A stretch of 64,000 nt of DNA from Nitrospirota bacterium (lineage in GTDB: Bacteria; Nitrospirota; UBA9217), in contig CAVWHO010000016.1 in NCBI GenBank assembly GCA_963754875.1, forward strand, positions 448,001-512,000, in the 5' to 3' direction. Of the stretch, positions 8,674-17,971 are shown piece by piece. The notes below the pieces were generated by a model, which saw nothing but the letters and a program-made list of their open reading frames with translations, searched no databases and was not told the origin of the DNA. Position 1 is the first letter of the stretch; each line of letters starts with the position of its first letter. The position numbers were made by a program, and so were the translations under genes.

Positions 8674-9798
8674 TCAGCATGACGCAAGCGTGCAGACCCG
8701 GTTCCTGCCCTGCTGTTTGGCGCGGTACATCGCGGAATCCGCCCGGTGGATGAGCTCCTCGAAGTTCTCCTTGATCTCCGGCAACCACGTGCTTACTCCG
8801 ATGCTCACGGTCGCCTGGAGACGATGAACGCCGTAGGAAAATTCCGCGTTTGCCACCTTTTGCAGCAATCTCTCTGCGAGCATCACCGCTTCATGCAGTC
8901 CCATCGCCATGGCCAGGAGGCAGAACTCTTCGCCGCCGTACCGGGCGAACAGGTCCGTGTCGCGGAGGCCGTCCTTGATCAGTCCCGCAACACCCGCCAG
9001 CACGGCGTCCCCCGCCTGATGGCCGTAGGCATCGTTCACCTGCTTGAAGTGATCGATATCGAGCATCAGCAGCGACACATGGGTGCCGTACCGGCTCGCG
9101 CGTTTCACTTCCTGCTTGGTCCTGTCCATGAAGTATTGGCGATTGAACGCCTGGGTGAGACCGTCCGTGATCGATATTTCCTCGAGTTCTTTGTTCAGCG
9201 CGGACAGGCGCTCGTTGGCGCGGACGAGCTCCGAGGTCCGTTCCCTGACCTTGCTTTCCAGGGAGAGGTTCAGTTCGTTCAATTTTCGATAGAGGTCCGC
9301 GTTGTCGATGGCGACCGCGGCCTGTGCGGCCAGGGCGGTCAGGAGCGCTTCATCGTCCTTCTCGAATATCCCTGTCTCCTTGTTCAGCACCTGGATCGCG
9401 CCGATCACGTCGCCCACGATGTTCTTGAGCGGCACGCAGAGGATGCTCTGCGTGCGGAAGCCCGTCTTTTTGTCGAACTCGGGGTTGAACCGCGGATCCT
9501 GATAGGCATCGGCGATATTGATGATCTCGCCCGTCTTCCCCACGGTCCCGGCAATGCCCACGCCGACGGGGAAGCGGATCTCCACGACATCCACGCCCTG
9601 GGCGATCTTGGCCCACATCTCTCCCTTTTCCTCATCGATCAGGAAGAGCGAGCTGCGCTCGGCGTTCATGACCGCCGTGGTCTCATCGATGATCATGGAG
9701 AGCAGCCGGTCGAGATTGCGCTCGGCCGCCAGGCGCATCCCCACTTTCAGCAGGATGGAGAGTCGTTCAGGCTTGATATTCTGTATGGGATTGGTCAC
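8674..9798 (-). CDS. GAF-GGDEF diguanylate cyclase
   Basis: GAF (AYQDPRFNPEFDKKTGF), coiled coil, TDGLT, RDTD I-site, RYGGEEF. Confidence 0.93.
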   Translation of the reverse strand: MTNPIQNIKPERLSILLKVGMRLAAERNLDRLLSMIIDETTAVMNAERSSLFLIDEEKGEMWAKIAQGVDVVEIRFPVGVGIAGTVGKTGEIINIADAYQDPRFNPEFDKKTGFRTQSILCVPLKNIVGDVIGAIQVLNKETGIFEKDDEALLTALAAQAAVAIDNADLYRKLNELNLSLESKVRERTSELVRANERLSALNKELEEISITDGLTQAFNRQYFMDRTKQEVKRASRYGTHVSLLMLDIDHFKQVNDAYGHQAGDAVLAGVAGLIKDGLRDTDLFARYGGEEFCLLAMAMGLHEAVMLAERLLQKVANAEFSYGVHRLQATVSIGVSTWLPEIKENFEELIHRADSAMYRAKQQGRNRVCTLASC

Positions 9799-9799
9799 G

Positions 9800-10451
9800 T
9801 CATCGCTCCGGCCTGAATAGCTGTTTAAGCTCCGCAAGTTCACGGATCACATGGTCCGGCGCCGCTTTCCGCAGTTCGGCCTCGGAGCGGAACCCATACG
9901 TCACGGAACAGGTGATGATTCCCGCTGCTTTGCCGGCAAGGACGTCCGTGGTCCCGTCGCCCACGATCACGACCCGGTTTTTCGGCACCTTGAGCCCGGC
10001 CACGATCGTTTCCACGGCATCGGGAGCGGGCTTGAGCGGCAGACCGGAATCCGCGCCGATGACCTGCTTGAAATACCCTCTGATGTCCGAGGCTTTCGAG
10101 CAGGGGCGTAATAAATTCCATGGTCTTGTTGCTGATCACCGCCATCGGCAGCGTCTTATAATACTCGAGCGTTTCCTTGACGCCGGGATAGAGCGAAGAA
10201 TGCACCGCGAGGTTTTGCCGGTGGTGCTCCTTGTAGATGTCCACCGCTTTCGCAATCTGCGTTGTTTGCCCGCCGAGGGACCGGACCATCAGTGTTTCAA
10301 TTCCGTCCCCCACATACCGGCGTACGGCATCCGTGGTGAGCTGCGGTTTGCCCAGTCTGCTGACCGTATGGTTGACCGATGCCGCGATGTCATCGAGCGT
10401 GTTCACGAGGGTGCCGTCAAGGTCGAATATGAGCAGGCTGATAGGTATCAT
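9800..10451 (-). CDS. gph: HAD hydrolase, phosphoglycolate phosphatase-like (frameshift near 10075)
   Basis: IFDLDGTL in one frame; KPAP and VGDGTTDV..GKAAG in the second frame. Confidence 0.8.
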
Positions 10452-10617
10452 AGGGCGGATCGGATATCGGGGGTCCCGGCTTTATCGGGATACGCAAATA
10501 CATCGTGGTTTGGAACACCCGACTCTCGGCTGTATCGGTGTCCCGGTGTCCGACCGGCGGTTTTACCATGCCGTGATTTCGGTTTGCCGGACCGGGATTT
10601 TGCATCAGCTCTGTTCA

Positions 10618-11490
10618 CTAGGCCGTCACCATTCCCAGATACCTCATGGGATTGTCCGACGCAAACTGGAGCACCCGCTCCGCCGGCACTCCGAGCGCGA
10701 CCAGGTTCCTGATTGCGTCCGCCAGGGTAATGCCGCTGCCCAAAAGCGTGCCGCCCGCTCCCCGTATGGGACCACTCCCCCAGCCCGGACCCATGACCGA
10801 ATCCGAGATCAGGATGATCTTGTCCGGGGACTTCATTTCGAAGATCATCTTGAGGCTCTGCGGATGGAGGTGCGCAAGGTCGCCGATGACCTCAACATAA
10901 ATATCCTCGTCCATGAGGCCGAACCCCGCGAGCCCCGGCTCCCGGTGATGAAATCCGCGCATGGCATTGAACAGGTGGGTAATGCCCGTGGCGCCCGCCT
11001 GTTTGCCTTCTTCCGCCTGCTCGATCGACGCATCGCTGTGGCCCATCTGCACGAGAAAACCCTTTTCCCGGGAGATCTCGATGACCTTGAGGGCGCCCGG
11101 CAGCTCGGGGGCGATGGTAATGATCTTGATGATGTCTTCGAAGTCTTCGACGAGTTGTTTGAAGGTCTCGACCGAGGGAACAGAAAAACTCTTCCCATCG
11201 AGCGATCCCGCACGTTCGGGATTGAGGAAGGGCCCTTCCAGGTGCACACCGAGAATGGTGGCGCCTTCCCGTTGGGCCGTCATGGCCCTCCGGACAGCGC
11301 CCATGTGCTGGCGCATGATTTCGATGGCATTGGGATAGATCGTGGGAAGGAGAGCGGATGTACCGTGCATGCCGTGGATGAGGGCCACTTGCCGGACATC
11401 ATCCTGTCGTCGCGTGCGCGTGTCATATTTCTCGGCGCCGTGAACGTGAATATCAACGAGATACTGCTTGGTTCCGATTGAATAAGCCAT
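10618..11490 (-). CDS. nagA: N-acetylglucosamine-6-phosphate deacetylase (short form)
   Basis: DIHVHG, HLEGPF, IAPE, GHSDA, THLFNAM, ISDS, NPMRYLG. Confidence 0.85.
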   Translation of the reverse strand: MAYSIGTKQYLVDIHVHGAEKYDTRTRRQDDVRQVALIHGMHGTSALLPTIYPNAIEIMRQHMGAVRRAMTAQREGATILGVHLEGPFLNPERAGSLDGKSFSVPSVETFKQLVEDFEDIIKIITIAPELPGALKVIEISREKGFLVQMGHSDASIEQAEEGKQAGATGITHLFNAMRGFHHREPGLAGFGLMDEDIYVEVIGDLAHLHPQSLKMIFEMKSPDKIILISDSVMGPGWGSGPIRGAGGTLLGSGITLADAIRNLVALGVPAERVLQFASDNPMRYLGMVTA

Positions 11491-11598
11491 GGTGCACTCC
11501 CGATGCAGCGATGCAATCTGTAAAGCGAGGAAGGGGGAATAGGAGCGTCGACGGCTTATTCTCTTCTCCGGTGCCCCTATGTCCTGGTCGCATCCTTA

Positions 11599-11841
11599 CT
11601 ACGTAATCTTCCCCCTTCGCGAAAAGAACTCGCTCAATGCAAGCCGGACAACGGCCCCGCGGTCCCAGGGCTGTTTGAGGTCCCTGGTGATTTCGGCCGC
11701 AACTTCGTCGAGGGCATCAAGGTGCTCGTCTTCGAGCAGCAGCGTCACCTCTACCAGCCCGTGGTGTTCATGCCCCTCGTGTCCATGGCCGTGATGGCCG
11801 TGTTCGTGATGCTTGTGTGCATGTTCGTGCTTGTTGTCCAT
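11599..11841 (-). CDS. His-rich small protein with RHH-like C-terminus
   Basis: 13 His in residues 5-27; VTLLL..LDALDEVA..DRGAVVRLALSEF; RBS GGAGG. Confidence 0.7.
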   Translation of the reverse strand: MDNKHEHAHKHHEHGHHGHGHEGHEHHGLVEVTLLLEDEHLDALDEVAAEITRDLKQPWDRGAVVRLALSEFFSRRGKIT

Positions 11842-11904
11842 ACGTAGCCTCCCCAGAAATCAAAAACGCATGGCGTAGAGCCACTGCCCGAGCCCTATGC
11901 TCTG

Positions 11905-12831
11905 CTAAAATAATACCCTCATCATCAGCGGCATCGTAAAGAATAACGCCACTGTGGAAAAGGCGATGCAGGCTGCAGCCAGGGGAACATCGAGTTCCAG
12001 CTCGTCTGCAATCACGAGGGAGAGCACCATTACTGGCATGGCCCCTTCTATGGTAACCGCCTTCAGTAAATCGCCCGTCAGTCCCAGCCATGAACCAACC
12101 CGCCAGGCGAGGATTGGCGAGAGCAGCAGCTTGATGGCCAGCGCTGGCGCCGCTAGCGGCAGCCGTTTCATATCGCGAAAGTCGAGCGCCAGGCCCACGG
12201 TAAATGTCATGACCGGTATGACCGCCTTGCCCATGACGGCACTGGTGTCCAGCAGTACTTGCGGGACCGCAACGCCTCCCATATTGACGGCAATGCCGGC
12301 AACGACGCCCCAGAGCGGGGGAAGCGCAATGACCCGTTTGAGCGATGCGGCAGCAGAAAGCGTTTTCCCGCTTCCATACCGTGCCGCTACGAATACGCCG
12401 AATGTCAGCAGGAGCGGCGTGTGCGCCAGCAGATCATAGAGAATCGCCACATACGCACGCTGGGTCCCGAGCACTTCGGTGATGACAGGAAGCCCCAAAT
12501 ACGTAACGTTGCCGTACGTTGCGGCAAGGACCATCACGCCAAATGCGGGGCGCGGAATGTTCCTGAACCACGGCACCAGCCGGTAAACTGCAAACCCGGC
12601 CGCGGTGCACAAAAGCACGACGGACCCGCCGACGAGCGGGATCAGGACGAAGCTGCGATCGATATGGGCCGTTGCCAGAAGACCGAAGGCAAGCGCCGGC
12701 ATGAAAACGTAGAGGATCGTGACGCTCAGCACATGCCGGACCCGGTGACGGTCAAGACCGCCGGGATTGAAAAAACGCCACGCATATCCTGCAGCTATGA
12801 TCAGTCCGAATGAATAGAGGACGTTGTTGAT
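11905..12831 (-). CDS. AEC (auxin efflux carrier) family transporter
   Basis: YGNVTYLGLPV, IKLLLSP, EGAMP; frame stays open upstream of 12732 (INNVLYSFGLIIAAGYAW) to an AAGGAG RBS, start codon unclear. Confidence 0.85.
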   Translation of the reverse strand: MNNVLYSFGLIIAAGYAWRFFNPGGLDRHRVRHVLSVTILYVFMPALAFGLLATAHIDRSFVLIPLVGGSVVLLCTAAGFAVYRLVPWFRNIPRPAFGVMVLAATYGNVTYLGLPVITEVLGTQRAYVAILYDLLAHTPLLLTFGVFVAARYGSGKTLSAAASLKRVIALPPLWGVVAGIAVNMGGVAVPQVLLDTSAVMGKAVIPVMTFTVGLALDFRDMKRLPLAAPALAIKLLLSPILAWRVGSWLGLTGDLLKAVTIEGAMPVMVLSLVIADELELDVPLAAACIAFSTVALFFTMPLMMRVLF

Positions 12832-13100
12832 GCACTGCTCCTTGTTCTGTTAAGGAATAATGGCAATTCCGAAAGATCAGACTGATAACTCTTTGTTTTA
12901 TTGTATCCGATTTTTTGGGAAGATACCAGCAAATGTTGCATCAACTCGGCTGCGCCCGACTGGCTGAAACAATAATTTTTGATCAACCCCGGCACTAAGG
13001 CATGTTCATGCCTTGCCGCGCAGATTTCGGAGGGATTGTGCGACGAAAGGGTTTTCCCACCCCGCTCCCTTCCTCTGGCCGTGAACTGCCCGCGAACGCC

Positions 13101-13652
13101 TTACCAGGGTGAAGGCCAATACGGACTGGGGTAAGGCCTTCCCCAAGGATCGTATAAGAAGGGATAATTATAGTAAGGGTAATAATAGTACGGCGCGTAG
13201 TAGTACCTCGGCTCCTGCCACAGATAAATTTGCTTGATTTCAAAAACAGGATAGTCGTACTCCATGTCGTCGATCTTGCCCTTGCGAGTTTCAAGGAATT
13301 CGCCCGCGAGCGTTATCTCTCTGCCCTTCTTATAGACGACGGGGTCGAGCAGCCCCTTCGACTTCGGGGAAATTGCCAGGAACCTTCCGCCTGGATGCTC
13401 GCCTTCTTCCAGGTCTCCGGAGGAGTCGACAGGCACGTACAACGCCTCGATCTGCGTCCCTGTTTCCGCAAACTTGCTGTTCACGATAATGCCGCCCAGA
13501 ATGAAAAGCCTGCCCTTATAGTTGTCCGGCGCTTCCCGGAGCTGGTCCATCGGAACGTCTCGTGTGCCCTCCCGCATCAGCTCCCGGCTCAACACCGGCG
13601 CACACGCCGTAAGAAGCAGCGCGGCACTCAATATGATCAATACTCGTTTCAT
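13101..13652 (-). CDS. Slp family outer-membrane lipoprotein
   Basis: Lipobox LTAC, GGIIV, GRFLA, LDPVVY..GREITLAG, YDYPV, Tyr/Pro-rich tail. Confidence 0.88.
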   Translation of the reverse strand: MKRVLIILSAALLLTACAPVLSRELMREGTRDVPMDQLREAPDNYKGRLFILGGIIVNSKFAETGTQIEALYVPVDSSGDLEEGEHPGGRFLAISPKSKGLLDPVVYKKGREITLAGEFLETRKGKIDDMEYDYPVFEIKQIYLWQEPRYYYAPYYYYPYYNYPFLYDPWGRPYPSPYWPSPW

Positions 13653-13851
13653 ATTATATTATCCCATGAACCAGGAGGAAGTGTCAAGGCGCGCATTTTT
13701 GTAATACTTCGGCTTCATTTACCGAGTCCCTCGTTAGGTTGTGGCCGCGGGCGGTCCTTTTGATGCCAATAGCACGTTTTACGGCAAAATTATTTGCAGA
13801 ACTCCTTTTTCCATGTTATATTGTGGCCACTATAATCGGAGAGAGAAGTCT

Positions 13852-14115
13852 ATGCCTTCGAGTAAACCGAAAATCAAGCTCTACACCCTGAGCACGTGCT
13901 CTCATTGCAATCGAACCAAACGTTTTTTTACTGAAAACGGCATCGAGGTGGAGTTTACGGACGTAGACCTGCTCAGCGGCGAAGAGCGCGAGCGCGTCAT
14001 GGACGAAGTGAGGAAACTGAACCCTGACTGCAGTTTCCCCACTATATGCATCGGCGATTTCATTGTCGTAGGTTTCAACGAAGAAAAGCTGCGCAAGGCA
14101 TTGGACCTGAAATGA
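13852..14115 (+). CDS. Glutaredoxin (NrdH-like)
   Basis: LYTLSTCSHC, SFPTI, VGFNEEKL. Confidence 0.9.
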   Translation: MPSSKPKIKLYTLSTCSHCNRTKRFFTENGIEVEFTDVDLLSGEERERVMDEVRKLNPDCSFPTICIGDFIVVGFNEEKLRKALDLK

Positions 14116-14444
14116 CTCCGGACAAGCTGTTCGACATCCTCACAAAGTATGCAGAATCGCAGGGCATCCGCTTGAACAAAGATAAGCCTTTCGTCATGGA
14201 CATTCTGCAGGGTCTGCTGACGAACGAAGCGCGCTACGACTACCGCTCCTGTCCCTGCCGCCTCGCCTGGGGGGTGAAGGAGAAGGACGCCGACATCGTC
14301 TGTCCCTGCGTGTATCGCAACCCCGACATTGCGGAGTTCGGCAGCTGTTTCTGCGGCCTCTACGTTTCAACAGCATGGAACGAAGGAGAGATGGAGCACA
14401 AGCAGGTCCCGGAGCGAAGGCCGAAAGAAAAGCGGGTAATGTGA
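14112..14444 (+). CDS. Ferredoxin:thioredoxin reductase catalytic subunit
   Basis: CPCR, CPC, CFCGLY; ATGA overlap with grx. Confidence 0.9.
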   Translation: MTPDKLFDILTKYAESQGIRLNKDKPFVMDILQGLLTNEARYDYRSCPCRLAWGVKEKDADIVCPCVYRNPDIAEFGSCFCGLYVSTAWNEGEMEHKQVPERRPKEKRVM

Positions 14445-14500
14445 AAATATTCCAGAGCAGCTGGTCACAAATGGACATCGAAAAACGAAAAGGACAGGAC

Positions 14501-14896
14501 ATGAAGAAAAAGAAAGAGAAGACCCCGAAAAAAGCAGACATGCCCGAATTCAACTTCAAGGAATTTACCGAGGAAGAAGGCAGGATCTACGAGGAAGCGG
14601 TCAGCAAATTCCGCGATGCTATCGCGGCCGGTAAAGCACTTCGCCAGGCGTACGAAAGCTATGCAATTGCAGATAAGGAACTGGAAAAGCTGGTTCAGGT
14701 GGATTTTTTAAAAATTCTCATCGCAGAGCGCCATTTCGGCCAGCGTCAGTCTTTGGACGATATCGCCAAGGCACTCGACGTTTCAGAAAGCCTCATCAAG
14801 GAAACCCACGCACGCATGCTCCAGGAAGTGGGCGTCACTGCGGCAAGCCAGTTCGGCGAGCAATTCGACGGAATCCTCCCGAAGACGAACGACTAA
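14501..14896 (+). CDS. Hypothetical protein, possible C-terminal HTH
   Basis: DFLKILIAERHF..SLDDIAKALDVSESLI; start could be 14441-14501. Confidence 0.7.
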   Translation: MKKKKEKTPKKADMPEFNFKEFTEEEGRIYEEAVSKFRDAIAAGKALRQAYESYAIADKELEKLVQVDFLKILIAERHFGQRQSLDDIAKALDVSESLIKETHARMLQEVGVTAASQFGEQFDGILPKTND

Positions 14897-15047
14897 GAAA
14901 ACCCTTTTGATTGCTAAAACGCAAGGGAGATCCAAAGATCAACTGTCTTCTCGGTGCTCTTTCGCGACTTCGCGCTTGTTTTTTTCAAATCATTGTTTCT
15001 TCTGCAACCTCTGCGGTTGAACAATCTTCTTAAGCAGGAAAATTCCC

Positions 15048-15797
15048 ATGAGCTTCTTAATCGGTTTTCTTGCCGGCTTTTTCGGCGGCCTGGTCGGCCT
15101 CGGCGGCGGGGTCATCATGATCCCGCTCATGGTCGGCATCCTCAAATTAGACCAGCACAAAGCCCACGGAACGAGCCTCGTTGCGCTTGTCTTTACCGGG
15201 ATCTCGGGCGCAATTGCCTACGGGATGAAGGGCTCCGTGGATGTCACTGCTGCTGTTCTCGTCGCGGCTACGGCCATGGTAACTGCACGGGCCGGCGCTC
15301 ACTTTGCCCATTCTCTTCCCGGATGGAAGCTCAGGCGGGCATTCGGCGGTTTTCTGGTGTTTGCCTCTGCCCTCATGTTGAGCAAACCCTATCTTCCGCA
15401 GATTGCTGCAATGGACAGCGGGTGGACGAGGGTTGCGCTCTTTCTCGCGACCGGCGTGGTGGCGGGATTCATCTCCGGCATGATGGGCGTAGGCGGCGGA
15501 GCGATCATGGTACCGGCCATGGTCCTGCTCGCGGGATTCAGCCAGCACACCGCGCAAGGGAGTTCGCTGCTCTCTATGGTTCCTGCAGGCGCCAGCGGCG
15601 CGTTCACCCACTGGAAACTCGGCAACGTCAGAACGAATCTTCTGCTCGGGTTGATCCCGGGAATTCTGATAGGGACCTATCTCGGCGGCACTCTGGCCCA
15701 TGTGCTGACGGACAACATCCTGCGGCTCGTTTTTTCGGCGATGTTGATCTGGATCGGCGTGCGGTATCTGATGACGAAAAGGCCCGAGGCCTCATAA
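15048..15797 (+). CDS. TauE/SafE family membrane protein
   Basis: Duplicated GLGGGVIMIP / GVGGGAIMVP and AHGTSL / AQGSSL motifs. Confidence 0.9.
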   Translation: MSFLIGFLAGFFGGLVGLGGGVIMIPLMVGILKLDQHKAHGTSLVALVFTGISGAIAYGMKGSVDVTAAVLVAATAMVTARAGAHFAHSLPGWKLRRAFGGFLVFASALMLSKPYLPQIAAMDSGWTRVALFLATGVVAGFISGMMGVGGGAIMVPAMVLLAGFSQHTAQGSSLLSMVPAGASGAFTHWKLGNVRTNLLLGLIPGILIGTYLGGTLAHVLTDNILRLVFSAMLIWIGVRYLMTKRPEAS

Positions 15798-16111
15798 TGC
15801 CCGCCTGTCCATGCCTCGCGGGCACCTTCCGCTTACTCACCACGCATTTTAACAACAACGTCCCCTGGTCCTTTCGCCGGAGAGTGGAGAGTAGTGAGAA
15901 AGTTTATGCGGTCCTGGACGCCTTTGAAAACGGCTTTTTTTCATTTGGCGGGGGAGGTAATTCATAAACCGCACCGGGGTACTCTATGCAGAGAGGACGG
16001 CCATAACTACGAGGCAAAAACAGAGAAAGAGGTCAACGTCAAAATCGATCAGATATATGCTCTTCGGGTATCAACGCCCTCCCCCAAATTCATTCAAGGG
16101 GATGATCCCGG

Positions 16112-16486
16112 TCACTGCATAGCGGCAACCTTCTTTTCGTTCATCGTAAGCAGGTCGATAACCTCGTCGGAGATCGGTCCGATCTTCATGTACGCGACGT
16201 CGGCATCGGCGGCCTTGCCTTGATTTTTGAGCGACACGATGCTCTTCACGGTCTCGTGCAGGTTGATATGCACTTTCTCAAGGCTCTTCATCTCTGGTAT
16301 TGTCCTGTAATATTCCGCCCCATCGGAGGACATCCACTTGCCCAGGCTGCAGTCCTTATGTGAGATGGCCTGCTCTTCGGTAAGGCCTCCTTTTCCCTCC
16401 AGAAAGTCCTTGAGCCTCGCCTTCCAAGCCCGGTGTTTTATTTTGAAGGTCCTGAATGTCATTGCGTTCATTGATTCACTCTCCAA
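16112..16486 (-). CDS. Stand-alone CZB (chemoreceptor zinc-binding) domain protein
   Basis: HRAWK, HKDCSLGKW, HINLH. Confidence 0.88.
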   Translation of the reverse strand: MESESMNAMTFRTFKIKHRAWKARLKDFLEGKGGLTEEQAISHKDCSLGKWMSSDGAEYYRTIPEMKSLEKVHINLHETVKSIVSLKNQGKAADADVAYMKIGPISDEVIDLLTMNEKKVAAMQ

Positions 16487-16610
16487 AAAGAAATATGATG
16501 GTTTTCTGGTTGATTACTATATCACAAATCCGCGTCCGCTGGAAGGGTGTGTGCTAGAGGAGACTCGGGGTAGAGTAGAGAGCTGGCAGCTACAATATTT
16601 TCATACGGAA

Positions 16611-16895
16611 TTATTCCTTGGTTCTTCTGGAAGATAATGCCGCCCTGAGCTCTTTCGTCATGTGCGTTCTCCCGCTATCGGCGTCCTTATCCCCCTACCA
16701 ACGGAATCAAAAAAAGATTTTCTGTATACCAGTTCATCGTAGTCCTCCGGCGTCAGGAGTTCGCCGACGGGTTTCCCATTCTGCGTAATGATCACGGGAT
16801 GACCCGTACTCTGAAGACTTTTAAACCACTTGGAGAGGATTGTCTTGAATTCTGCGATAGGGACAATATCATTTTTTATTAGAAATGGTCTTCAT
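16611..16895 (-). pseudogene. Phd/YefM antitoxin, frameshifted, no toxin partner seen
   Basis: Across frames MKTIS..DIVPIAEFKTILSKWFKSLQSTGHPVIITQNGKPVGELLTPEDYDEL..; palindrome GGTCTAAATATAGATC upstream. Confidence 0.7.
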
Positions 16896-17015
16896 ACGGC
16901 TCCTTATTTAGCATATAAACTGGTCTAAATATAGATCAATACGGCATGCAAACCAAGCGTTTACTTTTGTCCCTCATCCCAGGAGAGAGGCCCATCTCAA
17001 CGTAAGTGTATTCAT

Positions 17016-17047
17016 AAAAAAACCGTAGTCATACACAATGACTACGG
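17016..17047 (-). terminator. Rho-independent terminator beyond the distal att copy
   Basis: CCGTAGTC-9 nt-GACTACGG followed by T-run on minus strand. Confidence 0.65.
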
Positions 17048-17229
17048 CACATGCTCATGAAAATGCTCTTCTTATAAGATCAACAACTTAGATGGTGGGG
17101 CGGCGGCCATCAAACAGTTTGTCCAATGCATTGAAATTGCTATGTATATTCCAATGCTATTTTCATAATACCCCCAAAAGTACCCCCATTGTCATTTCTC
17201 TAACGTCATATTCAACTCTATAGCGAAAC

Positions 17230-17445
17230 CTATGCGATAACCGGGGTTAAGGTATAGACTTTAGCCAAACGAGACGCTGTCTCCAAATTGCCCTGCCGAA
17301 GAGCTTCGCGCACGTCATCCAGCTTGTATGCATCTTCCACTGAAAGATAAGGCGACCAGCCATCATCTGAATAGATCAGTTCCACATCTACTTCAGCAAC
17401 ATATTCCCGCTCATGCACAAGTTTTGTATAATGTTTTGACTTCAT
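17230..17445 (-). CDS. Small protein partnered with DUF4258 (putative antitoxin)
   Basis: 71 aa, [34 protein letters not shown] overlap with DUF4258 gene. Confidence 0.8.
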   Translation of the reverse strand: MKSKHYTKLVHEREYVAEVDVELIYSDDGWSPYLSVEDAYKLDDVREALRQGNLETASRLAKVYTLTPVIA

Positions 17446-17765
17446 TGTTTTCTCCTTAAAAAATCACCTGACCAGCGTTCCAGATCCGGCCTGTAAGCGG
17501 TAACGAGAACTGCTGGTGACGATGCCCCTTTTGGAATGCCCCATACCACATGTATTGAGTGACCAGTCCGATCTTTCTGCAACACAAGTATGGAAGGCCC
17601 TTTTGGATAGTCTGGATAATCCTCGACAATGACTGCATCGGCAACCGTCGCCATAACATCCCGGACAAAGATATTGTCAGCCGCTAGTTCGTCATAACCA
17701 TGATCAGATATTTTCACATCGCCACGCTGGACAAGATGCAGGATCCGCAAGAATGTTTCATTCAT
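17442..17765 (-). CDS. DUF4258 domain protein (putative toxin)
   Basis: [31 protein letters not shown]. Confidence 0.85.
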   Translation of the reverse strand: MNETFLRILHLVQRGDVKISDHGYDELAADNIFVRDVMATVADAVIVEDYPDYPKGPSILVLQKDRTGHSIHVVWGIPKGASSPAVLVTAYRPDLERWSGDFLRRKQ

Positions 17766-17971
17766 TGGCGATGAACCTCGTGGTTTCCATGCATAATATG
17801 GTTATATGCACTTTGTGAGCCTGTCTGACTTAACAGTCTGCGGTCATCAATCAGTTTGTCCAAACGCCGTGTGAAATGTTATTGATCGCTATATCCCTTG
17901 ACTTTATTATATCTATAACATTAAACATTTCAAGGTATTTCTGTACCAATCATGATCACTGGCCAGGTTCT

